64,000 nucleotides of DNA from Treponema sp. UBA7590 (GCA_002478955.1 DLKK01000084.1:10693-74692), one strand, 5' to 3'. Shown: positions 7,947 through 17,313, numbered from the stretch's first letter. Notes: a model not told the origin generated them from the sequence alone. A program made the numbers and translations.

Positions 7947-9683
7947 ATGGCTAAAACATTTGACGATAAAAAAATTATTTACACGATGGATCGTGTTACT
8001 CGCGCTTACGGAACAAAAGTTGTTTTAAAAGACGTAAGCATTTCTTATTATTATGGCGCAAAAATCGGCGTTATCGGCGCAAATGGCTCTGGTAAATCTT
8101 CACTTTTTAAAATTCTTGCTGGTGTTGACAAAGATTTTTCCGGCGAAACAAAATTAGCTCCAGGATACACAATCGGTTACCTTGAACAGGAACCACAATT
8201 AACTCCAGGAAAAACAGTTCTTGAAACTGTAAAAGAAGGCGTAAAAGAAATCACTGCACTTCTGGAAGAATTTGACAAAATCAACGAAGCGTTTGGCGAC
8301 CCGGACGCAGATATAAACAAACTTTGCGCACGCCAAGGCGAAGTCCAGGAAAAACTTGATGCTTTGGACGCATGGAATTTGGATAACAACCTTGAACTTG
8401 CAATGGATGCTTTGCGCTGCCCGCCGCCGGATCAAATTGTAGATGTGCTTTCCGGTGGTGAACGCAGACGTGTTGCTCTTTGCCGGCTTTTGCTGCAAAA
8501 ACCAGACATTTTACTTCTTGATGAACCGACAAACCATCTGGATGCAGAAACCGTCGCTTGGCTTGAAAAACATCTTCATGATTATCCAGGAACAGTAATT
8601 GCCGTAACCCACGACCGTTATTTTCTTGATGAAGTTGCCGGCTGGATTCTTGAACTTGACCGTGGCGAAGGTTATCCTTTCAAGGGAAATTACACAAGCT
8701 GGCTTGAACAAAAAAATGCCCGTCTTGCACAGGAAAACAAAAACGAAACAGCACGTCAAAAAGAAATCCAACGCGAGTTGGACTGGATTCACATGGGCGC
8801 AAAAGGTCGGCAGGCAAAACACAAGGAACACATTTCGCGTTACAACGAACTTATGGCTCAGGAATCAAAAGCCCAGCTGAAAGATACACAAATTTCAATT
8901 CCAGCAGGACCTCGACTTGGAAACCAGGTAATAGATTTAGAAAATCTTACAAAAGCCTATGGCGACAAACTTCTTTTTGACAAGCTGAATGTTCATATTC
9001 CAGCAGGAGCAATTGTTGGAATCGTAGGCCCAAACGGCGCTGGAAAAACAACGCTCTTCAAATTGATTGCTGATGCGGCAGGACTTCCAAACGGTGAAAA
9101 ACCAGACAGCGGCGAAGTAAAAATCGGTTCAACAGTAAAACTTGTGTATGTTGACCAGATGAGAAGCGGGCTTGATCCGAACAAAACCGTCTACGAAACA
9201 CTCGGTGGCGGCGCAGACATGATAAAGCTCGGCGCAGTTGACGAAAAAGGCCGACCAATGGAAGGTGGCGTTCGGGAAGTAAATGCTCACGCATACTGCG
9301 GCTGGTTCAATTTCGCAGGACCAGACCAAAACAAAAAAGTCAGCGTGCTTTCCGGCGGTGAAAAAAACCGCCTGAACCTTGGAATGATGTTAAAAGAAGC
9401 TGGAAATGTATTGCTTTTTGACGAACCGACAAATGATTTGGATGTTCAGACAGTCCGCGCACTGGAAGAAGCCTTGGAAGACTTTGCCGGTTGCGCTTTG
9501 GTTGTAAGTCACGACCGATGGTTCCTGGATCGAATCTGCACCCACATTTTGGCATTTGAAAACAACTCCGAAGTACGATTCTTTGAAGGCAACTGGTCAG
9601 AATACGCAGAATGGAAAAAGGAACAGTTCGGCGAAGACGCAAGCGTTCCAAAACGAACCGTTTACAGAAAACTTTCAAGATAA
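7947..9683 (+). CDS. ettA: Energy-dependent translational throttle A (ABC-F)
   Basis: Two ABC domains without TMs; LSGGERRRVALCRLL, KGNYTSWLEQK..RL.QE, WFLDRICTHILAFE. Confidence 0.93.
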   Translation: MAKTFDDKKIIYTMDRVTRAYGTKVVLKDVSISYYYGAKIGVIGANGSGKSSLFKILAGVDKDFSGETKLAPGYTIGYLEQEPQLTPGKTVLETVKEGVKEITALLEEFDKINEAFGDPDADINKLCARQGEVQEKLDALDAWNLDNNLELAMDALRCPPPDQIVDVLSGGERRRVALCRLLLQKPDILLLDEPTNHLDAETVAWLEKHLHDYPGTVIAVTHDRYFLDEVAGWILELDRGEGYPFKGNYTSWLEQKNARLAQENKNETARQKEIQRELDWIHMGAKGRQAKHKEHISRYNELMAQESKAQLKDTQISIPAGPRLGNQVIDLENLTKAYGDKLLFDKLNVHIPAGAIVGIVGPNGAGKTTLFKLIADAAGLPNGEKPDSGEVKIGSTVKLVYVDQMRSGLDPNKTVYETLGGGADMIKLGAVDEKGRPMEGGVREVNAHAYCGWFNFAGPDQNKKVSVLSGGEKNRLNLGMMLKEAGNVLLFDEPTNDLDVQTVRALEEALEDFAGCALVVSHDRWFLDRICTHILAFENNSEVRFFEGNWSEYAEWKKEQFGEDASVPKRTVYRKLSR

Positions 9684-9702
9684 AATAAAAAATTGTTCTG
9701 AT

Positions 9703-9746
9703 AAAAAAAGCATCTGCAGGAAAAATCCATACAGATGCTTTTTTTT
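9703..9746. terminator. Bidirectional rho-independent terminator
   Basis: AAAAAAAGCATCTG...CAGATGCTTTTTTTT between convergent genes. Confidence 0.85.
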
Positions 9747-9755
9747 GCATTTTTG

Positions 9756-12263
9756 TTAGAACGTGTAAATTGCACTAAGCTTTTTGGTAACTTCCAAAGG
9801 ATTATATTCATTGGTAACAGTGCTTACAACACCGTTTTCCACAGAAGTTCCACGAACGGCACTGTAATAAAGACGGTCTGCACCAACAGAATAAGAAATA
9901 ACCTCCAACCTTTCACTGTTTGGAACATTTTTAAACATATTCACATAAGCGCCATCTGCAAAGTTTACCTTGTAAATCTGATGGTAGCCAGTTTCATCGC
10001 CACTTGAATTTAACAAAGAATACTTCATATACAAAGCACCATTATCTTCAATAGTCTGAGACACTTTTCCAGATGGAAGATTTACTTCGTTAAAGTCATT
10101 GATTAAACAACCATCCGAATCTGTGATTTGAACAAAATAGAAATATTTATCGTCAGAACCCCAAGAAGAGCTTGTATTTGTATAACGCGCCCACAAAGAA
10201 CCGTCAGAATTTACTGTGTAGTCATTTAATGAAGAATATGAAACAGATTGCTTTGTTTGCTTATAAGCTGGTTCGTCTGTACCTTTGACAAAGAACAAAT
10301 CTGTAAAATTCTTGGCAGGAACATATTTATTTCCATTCCAGTTATCCGAAAAAGCATCTCCAAAACAAAACAGTCGGTCTTCATTTTCCGCAATCCATTC
10401 TAAAGCAGCTTCATCTGTCAAATCAGAATATAAAGCTCCATAAGTTTCATCATCTTTAAAAGTGTCAAGTCTGAATTCTTTTTCGCCATGTGTGTAACAT
10501 TTTAAAAAAGCATCTTTTAAAATTGCAGAATAATCTATAGAACCGTCCGATTTTTTGAAATTATTTTCTACAGACAAAAAGCCACTTCTTTCTTGTGTTG
10601 TTAATACAGGAATATGTCCATTATCTAAATAATAATCTCCATTTTTTCTAAAATACTCTGAACCTTTTACTTCCGTGGCACTATTTATAGGCTCATCACT
10701 ATTACAAAGCAATGTGTCAGAATCTTTTACATAAAGAACATCCGACAAAAAGTTATATTTATCACCATATTTACTTACATAATTCTTAGTATAACCATAA
10801 TATCCATGGCTAGAATCAAAAACGTCATAAAGCAGACTCCGAAGCTTAAATGTATCAAGAGCTTTTATTGCCTCTGCATTTTTCAAACCTTTTGTTGCAG
10901 TATAAATATCTTCATAGCCTTCAATATTTTTAAATACATCAAATCTAATATCAACATCATCAACAGAAAGACGTGTATAATTCAAAGAATTATTAGAAGC
11001 CCAATATTCTATTATATATTTAACAACATTTTCAGGAATTAAGATGCCATTATCAATAAATTTTAATATTATTTCTTCATCATTTTTCCTATAAGAGTCT
11101 CCTGTTTTCCAATTCGTAACATGAGTATAACCACTTGAAGAAAAATAATCAGACGCATTTATCCTTGAAAATGTAGCCTTTCCCATTAATTCCCCAATCT
11201 CAAAAGAATCCCCACTTCTTTCCGCTTTGTACAATCCTTTGTTCCTGATTACATAATACATAGCCTCGTTTACTTCATCGTAAACCCAACTGTACAATTC
11301 TGTCCCCTCAGAAGAATAATAAATGTTAGAAAAACTGTTCGGGTCATCTACAGGAATCGCTCTTAAAAATGCTGCAGAAGAACCGGAACTATACCTTGAG
11401 CCTTGTACAAAAATAATTTTTCCATCTTTTGTAATCTTGAATGAACTGTAATTTGTTCCAGAAACAGAAGCTGTAAGTTCTGTAATTTCGTTTGTTTTTG
11501 GGTCAAACTTGTAAACTACGCTCATATCGCCAGAAGAATTCCATTTTCTTGCCATGTAATAAAGGTTTCCGGCTGCATCGAACATAACGCCTTTGTCAGT
11601 TTCCAAACTCAAGTAATTTTGATAAGAATCCCAAGAATTTTCTGAATCTGAATCATTAATTTTCAAAATATCCGCAATCGTGTTGTCTTCGTGAATACAA
11701 ATAAGTTGACCTAAAGTCTTAAAAACTCGTTCCGAATAACCAGTCTGATTTCCGTTTTCATCAACTGTGACTTTTTCATCATAAAAATTACTTTGACCAT
11801 TCAGAACCATAAAAACATCATTTAAATCTTCCAGGGGAGATTTATAAATCGCTATTACATCAGCAAAATTCGCATTGTCCGCCAAAGTAAGCGCAGACTC
11901 AAATTTTCCGTCCTCAAGAATCTTTAAAAGCGGCGAATCGTCAACCGAAGAATTTGCTGTTGCAGCTCGCGAATTAATGCTGTATGCCGCCCTGCCAGAA
12001 TTTTCCTTGTCTACCGCCGCAATTGCCTTTGCATTAGAAAAATCAAACTTCAAACCGCTTTTTACAACCTGCGAAGTTGTATGTGAACCAGAAGTTCCTC
12101 CACCGGTTGTTGTACCGCCTGTTGTTGTGCCACCAGAACTTCCGCCAGAAGTGCTGCCAGAATTTTCTCCAGAATCTGAATCAGAACCATTTGAGCAGGC
12201 AGAAAGCCCCAAAAAGAATGCAATTGAACAGACAACCGCAAAAACTTTTAAACTCTTTTTCAT
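9756..12263 (-). CDS. Large lipoprotein of unknown function (835 aa)
   Basis: MKK + hydrophobic stretch + LSAC lipobox; S/G/T-rich linker; beta-rich N- and C-terminal parts; GGGAG RBS. Confidence 0.8.
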   Translation of the reverse strand: MKKSLKVFAVVCSIAFFLGLSACSNGSDSDSGENSGSTSGGSSGGTTTGGTTTGGGTSGSHTTSQVVKSGLKFDFSNAKAIAAVDKENSGRAAYSINSRAATANSSVDDSPLLKILEDGKFESALTLADNANFADVIAIYKSPLEDLNDVFMVLNGQSNFYDEKVTVDENGNQTGYSERVFKTLGQLICIHEDNTIADILKINDSDSENSWDSYQNYLSLETDKGVMFDAAGNLYYMARKWNSSGDMSVVYKFDPKTNEITELTASVSGTNYSSFKITKDGKIIFVQGSRYSSGSSAAFLRAIPVDDPNSFSNIYYSSEGTELYSWVYDEVNEAMYYVIRNKGLYKAERSGDSFEIGELMGKATFSRINASDYFSSSGYTHVTNWKTGDSYRKNDEEIILKFIDNGILIPENVVKYIIEYWASNNSLNYTRLSVDDVDIRFDVFKNIEGYEDIYTATKGLKNAEAIKALDTFKLRSLLYDVFDSSHGYYGYTKNYVSKYGDKYNFLSDVLYVKDSDTLLCNSDEPINSATEVKGSEYFRKNGDYYLDNGHIPVLTTQERSGFLSVENNFKKSDGSIDYSAILKDAFLKCYTHGEKEFRLDTFKDDETYGALYSDLTDEAALEWIAENEDRLFCFGDAFSDNWNGNKYVPAKNFTDLFFVKGTDEPAYKQTKQSVSYSSLNDYTVNSDGSLWARYTNTSSSWGSDDKYFYFVQITDSDGCLINDFNEVNLPSGKVSQTIEDNGALYMKYSLLNSSGDETGYHQIYKVNFADGAYVNMFKNVPNSERLEVISYSVGADRLYYSAVRGTSVENGVVSTVTNEYNPLEVTKKLSAIYTF

Positions 12264-12320
12264 AAAAATCTCCCATAGATTAAATAAACAAAGCGCACCG
12301 ATATATTTTAAAATGCGTTT

Positions 12321-12385
12321 TCTGGTAAAATAATACTATTTAAATACATTTTAGTAAAATTTTACTTATTTAACAACTTTGAGGG
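12321..12385. repeat. Direct repeat copy A (65 bp) with leftward promoter and AGTAAAATTTTACT palindrome
   Basis: 57/65 identical (manual count) to 16822-16886. Confidence 0.85.
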
Positions 12386-12432
12386 AATTTTTGTAAAATA
12401 TTGGAATGTTTTTGGAAAAACTTAGATAAATT

Positions 12433-12534
12433 ATGAAAATTACAGACAGAATCGTTGCAGTTGTTGCTTGTGTAGCAACTGTAATCTGCACAGTTATAGC
12501 AGTGCTTTCTTATCTTAAAAATAAAGACGAGTAA
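12433..12534 (+). CDS. Putative type I toxin / holin-like hydrophobic peptide (33 aa)
   Basis: MKITDRIVAVVACVATVICTVIAVLSYLKNKDE: one TM helix plus charged tail; too short for the ORF track; weak RBS. Confidence 0.6.
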   Translation: MKITDRIVAVVACVATVICTVIAVLSYLKNKDE

Positions 12535-12622
12535 AAAGTAAAGCCGCCCTTTCGTTTCACCACACTGGACGGCTTTATCGCTATATGTGGAGACGACCGA
12601 CAGAGAATCGGGCATTTCCTTT
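12532..12622 (-). ncRNA. Putative antisense antitoxin RNA (about 90 nt)
   Basis: Minus-strand promoter TTGACG(12656-12651)-N17-TAATTT(12633-12628) with extended TG; terminator stem UAAAGCCGUCC/GGGCGGCUUUA followed by CUUUUU. Confidence 0.55.
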
Positions 12623-12681
12623 CTTTTAAATTACCATATAAAAGTAATTTCGTCAAATTTTCATCTGAGGGAAAGTTTCCC

Positions 12682-14940
12682 TTAACTCAAAACCTCTTCC
12701 AGAACTTGCCAATTTGGTCTTGCAATTTTATCTGAATATTCATCTGTACAAATACAAAGAATTCCAGCGTTATCTTTTCTTACAAATCCGCCAAAAAGAT
12801 TTCTTCCATCTTCTTGCGAAATTTTTACATATTGCTTTAAAGCTTCAAATTTCTTTGCTGAAAACAAATCAATATCCATGCTATTTCCGTCTTTATCTTC
12901 GCCGCCTTTTGTTTCTATAACCCAAATTCCTTTTTCTGTTCCAAGAACATAATCTGGATAAAAAGCTCTTTGTTTTCCATTATTATCTTCATATATTACC
13001 GAATAATAATTCTCTCCTTTGTCACCATTTTTGTAGAACCATCTTACAAAATCAGATTGTTCGCAGAATCTTTCAAATGCTTTTTCGCCGGAAGAACGAT
13101 ATTCAGCAGACTCCAGATAATTTGAATAAACATTCTTTGAGTAAATCCTTTGCGACATTTCAGAAGAATCGTATGTGAAAAAATATTCTCTCGGAAATTT
13201 GAATGTTCTCTTTACAACAGCCCCGGAATTCAAGCCCAAACTCTCCTGACAAATCTGTTCGGTCATAGCCAATTTAAAATCTTCACGCAATTTTTCAATA
13301 TTGTTGATTACAAACGCATACAACGAACGAATTCCTAAATTCAAAAGTTTTTTGCCTCTAAAGCCAAATTTTTCTTTACAAAACAAACGCCGAACAATCG
13401 CATTTACTTTTTCGTATGTCAAACTAATATCGCTGCTAAGTCTTCCAATCTGATGATGATATTCCCGCCCATGAATATGTGTATTCAGAGGAACCTTAAA
13501 ATCTACCTGCTGTAGTTTATCAGTTTGTGCAGACAAATGAATTTTTCCATATTTTGTTGAATTTGTTATAAAATCTTCAAAAACATAACCGTTTATTTCC
13601 AGAAGATTTTTATTTTTTTCAAAATTTTCACCCAATTCATATTTTTGCCTAAAATGCTCAACAATTGATTTTATTGCTTTTTTAGGATCATTTTCATCTT
13701 CAATATCTGGACGTTGCTCCGAGACCAGTTCAATATCTTTAAATTCCTCTTTTAAATGAATCAACGAGGCATCTAATGCACCTTTTCCAAGCTGAGTTTT
13801 TGCACCTTCAACAAATTTTTCATCAAATGTAAACAAATAGCAACTATCCAACACATCATCATTATAATGTTTTGCTTCTGGCATACGACGAATACGCCCA
13901 AAAGTCTGAATTTCAAAAGATTCGCCCATATTATCGCGAAGTTTTACAAGAATTTGCGCACGCGGACAATCCCAACCAGTCGCAACCGCCATCTTAAAAA
14001 CCATCGCAACTGACGCAGCGGAATTTTGTTCAATTCCTTCGAGATTTTCATGCATCGAAATTCCTCTCCCGCCAGATTTCTTGTTTTTTTCACTCATCCA
14101 GATTGCAAGATTTCCATTTTCAACCGTAATTTTTTTATTTTCAAACCATTCCAAAACAGAATCAAACAATAAATCTGAACTATTCGGCATTTGAACAAGA
14201 ATAAGCGGATTTACCTGCACGCCTCGTTCCAAAAATTTCAAACGCAATTCACGCTGTTTTTCCAACGCTTTTTCAAGCAAAAACGAAACTTGATTTTCTG
14301 AAACTATTTTTCCATCAAATTTTCCAAAACCTTCATTAATCACAAGAAGTTTTTTTATAAGCCCCTGCTCAATGACCGAACTTTCCGGAATTTCAATAAT
14401 TTCCGCAGATTTATCAAAACCTTTCGGCGTTGCGCTCGCCCTAATAATTGCAGACGCTTTAAAAAGCTCAACAATCTCTTTGGTTTTCAGCGTATCATTT
14501 GAATGACTTTCATCAATAATTAACTTAAAATTCAATCCAGCATCCAATGCGTTTTGAACAAATTCATCAAAATTTGTGTTTTCACTTTCTTTTCGCGCAT
14601 TATTTTTGCTTTTATTCAAGAGTTCCCTGTTTATAAAACAACAGTCGCCTTCTGCAAAACCGCTCGTCATAACATCCGCAAGAAGTTTTGTGTGCGAATT
14701 ATGAATATACAAATCCATTTTCCGCTTACTTTGCTCCTCAAGATTTCCTTTTCCAGGCGTAAACCATACAAAAACAGTTTTTGAATAAAATTTCAAATAT
14801 TCCGCCATAAAATGCGTAAGAATAATCGTTTTTCCGCTTCCAGTACAACTTTTTAAAATAATATTTTGATTTCCCTTTTCAACCGCTTCCAGTAATTTTC
14901 GAACAGCCTCATTTTGAAAAGGCAACAATTCAATATTCAT
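12682..14940 (-). CDS. res: Type III restriction enzyme Res subunit (SF2 helicase + PD-(D/E)xK nuclease)
   Basis: TGSGKT, IIDESH, SATP, GWDCPRA, Q.FGRIRR, FYPDY...IETKG. Confidence 0.88.
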   Translation of the reverse strand: MNIELLPFQNEAVRKLLEAVEKGNQNIILKSCTGSGKTIILTHFMAEYLKFYSKTVFVWFTPGKGNLEEQSKRKMDLYIHNSHTKLLADVMTSGFAEGDCCFINRELLNKSKNNARKESENTNFDEFVQNALDAGLNFKLIIDESHSNDTLKTKEIVELFKASAIIRASATPKGFDKSAEIIEIPESSVIEQGLIKKLLVINEGFGKFDGKIVSENQVSFLLEKALEKQRELRLKFLERGVQVNPLILVQMPNSSDLLFDSVLEWFENKKITVENGNLAIWMSEKNKKSGGRGISMHENLEGIEQNSAASVAMVFKMAVATGWDCPRAQILVKLRDNMGESFEIQTFGRIRRMPEAKHYNDDVLDSCYLFTFDEKFVEGAKTQLGKGALDASLIHLKEEFKDIELVSEQRPDIEDENDPKKAIKSIVEHFRQKYELGENFEKNKNLLEINGYVFEDFITNSTKYGKIHLSAQTDKLQQVDFKVPLNTHIHGREYHHQIGRLSSDISLTYEKVNAIVRRLFCKEKFGFRGKKLLNLGIRSLYAFVINNIEKLREDFKLAMTEQICQESLGLNSGAVVKRTFKFPREYFFTYDSSEMSQRIYSKNVYSNYLESAEYRSSGEKAFERFCEQSDFVRWFYKNGDKGENYYSVIYEDNNGKQRAFYPDYVLGTEKGIWVIETKGGEDKDGNSMDIDLFSAKKFEALKQYVKISQEDGRNLFGGFVRKDNAGILCICTDEYSDKIARPNWQVLEEVLS

Positions 14941-14958
14941 ACTTTTTCCTCTTTTTGG

Positions 14959-15066
14959 GCAGTCCGGCGAACAAGTCGCCGTCGGGCTATGCGCACTTAC
15001 GCTACCGCTTCATTCGTCGCAGTAAACTGCTCCGAACGCCTTCGGCGGTACTACTATCCCTACTGC
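14959..15066. repeat. GC-rich multi-hairpin REP-like element between mod and res
   Basis: Terminal GCAGT/ACTGC; internal stems CGGCGA/TCGCCG, TACCGC/GCGGTA, GCAGT/ACTGC, CGCC/GGCG. Confidence 0.55.
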
Positions 15067-15069
15067 ATT

Positions 15070-16782
15070 CTAAAAATCCAAATCTGGATAATAATATTCA
15101 GGCACAATATTTATACTAATTCCTTTTGACTTTATTTTTCGTTCCTGCACTGCAGAAGCCAAAACATCGTGTCCCATATACAATTTTTTACAAGTAGAAT
15201 TTTCATCAAGTGAATCAACAAATTCATCAAGTTCTTCATCATCAAGCACAATTGCAACAGCTTTTTCAGAATCAAGATTCACAGCATTTTCCAGTTCAAC
15301 AAGTGCTTTTATATGCTCCAAAAGTTCGTCCGCATACTCGTAGTACATTTTTTCTTTTATTGGAAGATAATTTATTTTTAGATATTTAAGCGCTCCTGCA
15401 AGACCATCTGAATATTTTGAACCGTCATTACGATTTCCTGTAATTACAGTTTTTAAACGCTCGTAAGTAATTTCCCGGCAGATATTATTTTCGTTATTTG
15501 TGCAAAGAATAAATTTTCTGTGTCCACCATCTTCCGCATTCAACTTTAAAACCGCATGACCAGTCGTACCACTACCTGCAAAAAAGTCAAGAATGGTGGA
15601 AGAAGACGGTTGCGTTCTTAATAAAGTTTCAACTATATCTAGTGGTTTTGGATAACTAAAAATTTTATCACCAAAAATTGCCTTTAACTGAAGAGAACCA
15701 TTTTCTGTCCTAAATTTTTTGTCATTCCAAATATTTTTAAGCATGACATTTTCATCCCTATATTTTTCAACTATCATATAGGTTCCGTCTTTTTTCTTTT
15801 TAGCTTTTAAATTTTTATTAAGATTTTCTCTTGACTTCTCTTCTTTTCCCCATCTCCAAACAGTCTGAATCCCTTGAGATTTCAAAGGATAAACCTCAAC
15901 AGAATACAAATCTGTTTTTTCCAAAGAAACTGAATTTAAACCATGTTCATCAATGTCATTTGGATTTACATAAAATGGATAACACAAGTTTGGTCGATTT
16001 TTATCATTAAATTTTGTATTACGATTCCTTAACTCTCTTAGTTCAAAAGAACCAAATTCATCTTTTAAATTGAAAAAATGATCTTCTGAGCTTATTTTTT
16101 CAATTGTAGATTTTTCAGTTTTTGAAAAAATCAAAACATATTCCGTTGTTTTCGCAATTCCACCATAATCACGTCCGCCAGGATTTGCAATAATCGTAAT
16201 CAAACTTCTAAAATTTGAAGAAGAAAAAATTTCATCACACAATAACTTTAAATCAAACAACTCATTTTCATCTATTGAAATCCAAATCATTCCTAAATCC
16301 GACAATAATTTATACGCAAGTTTTAACCTTTTTTGCATAAAACTAAGCCATTTTGAATGTCTGAACATATCAGTTGAATCTACGAAAATATCATCATAAA
16401 TAAAATCTTCATTCTGAGTATTATACGGCGGATCAATATAAATCACATCGATTTTGCCTTTGTGCGTTTTTTCCAAAAGCTGTAATGCCGCAAGATTATC
16501 GCCTTCAATCAGAAAATTTGTTTCACCGCCATTTTCCACAAACAAATCATCTTGGTTTTCTAAATACGGAACGTTTTCTTCAAGAATTTCGTCAATTTTT
16601 TCCCGATGTTCCTCAAAAACAATACCATACTTTTTTCCATTTATTTCTTTTGTGATTTCACCAAGATATGAAAGAAGATTTTCTGTATTTTCATCCTGTT
16701 TTGCAGAAAGCAGATATTCACGGATTTTATTAACTTTTGAAATCAATTCATCACGTTTTTGTTTGGAAATGTTCGTACTCAT
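15070..16782 (-). CDS. mod: Type III R-M Mod subunit, N6-adenine DNA methyltransferase (beta class)
   Basis: LIEGDNL, IYIDPPYN, HSKWLSFM, YPKP, LDFFAGSGTTGHA; AT-rich central target-recognition region. Confidence 0.92.
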   Translation of the reverse strand: MSTNISKQKRDELISKVNKIREYLLSAKQDENTENLLSYLGEITKEINGKKYGIVFEEHREKIDEILEENVPYLENQDDLFVENGGETNFLIEGDNLAALQLLEKTHKGKIDVIYIDPPYNTQNEDFIYDDIFVDSTDMFRHSKWLSFMQKRLKLAYKLLSDLGMIWISIDENELFDLKLLCDEIFSSSNFRSLITIIANPGGRDYGGIAKTTEYVLIFSKTEKSTIEKISSEDHFFNLKDEFGSFELRELRNRNTKFNDKNRPNLCYPFYVNPNDIDEHGLNSVSLEKTDLYSVEVYPLKSQGIQTVWRWGKEEKSRENLNKNLKAKKKKDGTYMIVEKYRDENVMLKNIWNDKKFRTENGSLQLKAIFGDKIFSYPKPLDIVETLLRTQPSSSTILDFFAGSGTTGHAVLKLNAEDGGHRKFILCTNNENNICREITYERLKTVITGNRNDGSKYSDGLAGALKYLKINYLPIKEKMYYEYADELLEHIKALVELENAVNLDSEKAVAIVLDDEELDEFVDSLDENSTCKKLYMGHDVLASAVQERKIKSKGISINIVPEYYYPDLDF

Positions 16783-16821
16783 CAGAATCCTGTTAAAATT
16801 TGGTTTTTACACTTTACAGTA

Positions 16822-16886
16822 TCTGGTAAAATACTACCATTTAAATCAGTTTTAGTAAAATTTTACTTATTTAGCAAGTTTGTGGG
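16822..16886. repeat. Direct repeat copy B (65 bp) with promoter facing mod and the same palindrome
   Basis: Matches 12321-12385; minus strand TTTACT-N17-TAGTAT with extended TG. Confidence 0.85.
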
Positions 16887-16909
16887 TAATTTTTTTCTAA
16901 AATGTAGAT

Positions 16910-17248
16910 ATGACTTTTGCTGAAAATCTAAGAGAAGCTATAAAAATAACTGAGATGACAACAAAGGAACTTGCTGACAAAACTGGAATCAATGAAAACA
17001 CAATCAGCAGCTATTTGAAAACAAATGGCTCAATTCCAACAGCAGACAAAGCCGTAAAGATTGCAGAAGCCTTGAACACAACCGTAGAATTTTTAGTAAC
17101 AGGATTTGAAACAGATTTTTACAGAATGCGCCACACTTCCAGCAGATTTGCAAAAGCAATTTCTTCCCTAGAAAAACTTCCAGAAGAAACCCGTGAACCT
17201 ATCCTAAAAATGATTTCCGAAATGAGCCAGAAATATTCAAAATCCTAG
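16910..17248 (+). CDS. XRE/Cro-family HTH transcriptional regulator
   Basis: F.ENLR...MTTKELADKTGINENTISSY...P..DKAVKIAEALNTTVEFLVTG. Confidence 0.9.
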   Translation: MTFAENLREAIKITEMTTKELADKTGINENTISSYLKTNGSIPTADKAVKIAEALNTTVEFLVTGFETDFYRMRHTSSRFAKAISSLEKLPEETREPILKMISEMSQKYSKS

Positions 17249-17258
17249 TCATTTGCGC
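17205..17258. repeat. Direct repeat (54 bp), left of hicAB
   Basis: 51/54 identical to 17952-18005. Confidence 0.9.
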
Positions 17259-17278
17259 ATAACAAAATATCATTTCTC

Positions 17279-17307
17279 TTGACATCATATATGACACCAC
17301 TTAAAAT
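17279..17307 (+). promoter_or_regulatory. sigma70 promoter of hicAB with internal palindrome (probable HicB operator)
   Basis: TTGACA-N17-TAAAAT, TCATATATGA palindrome in the spacer, ATG 6 nt after the -10. Confidence 0.75.
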
Positions 17308-17313
17308 AATTAT

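Noticed and set aside
12090..12190. Short repeated GGT/ACA-type units as a DNA repeat element
   Set aside because: Explained by the Ser/Gly/Thr linker of the lipoprotein.
12370..12615. 81-aa minus-strand ORF from the track
   Set aside because: Shadow of the 33-aa peptide and antisense RNA region, with no recognisable protein features; cannot be fully excluded.
15070..16782. Phase-variable simple-sequence repeat in mod
   Set aside because: No tandem di- to pentanucleotide tract seen; A-runs are no longer than elsewhere in this AT-rich DNA; ORF intact.
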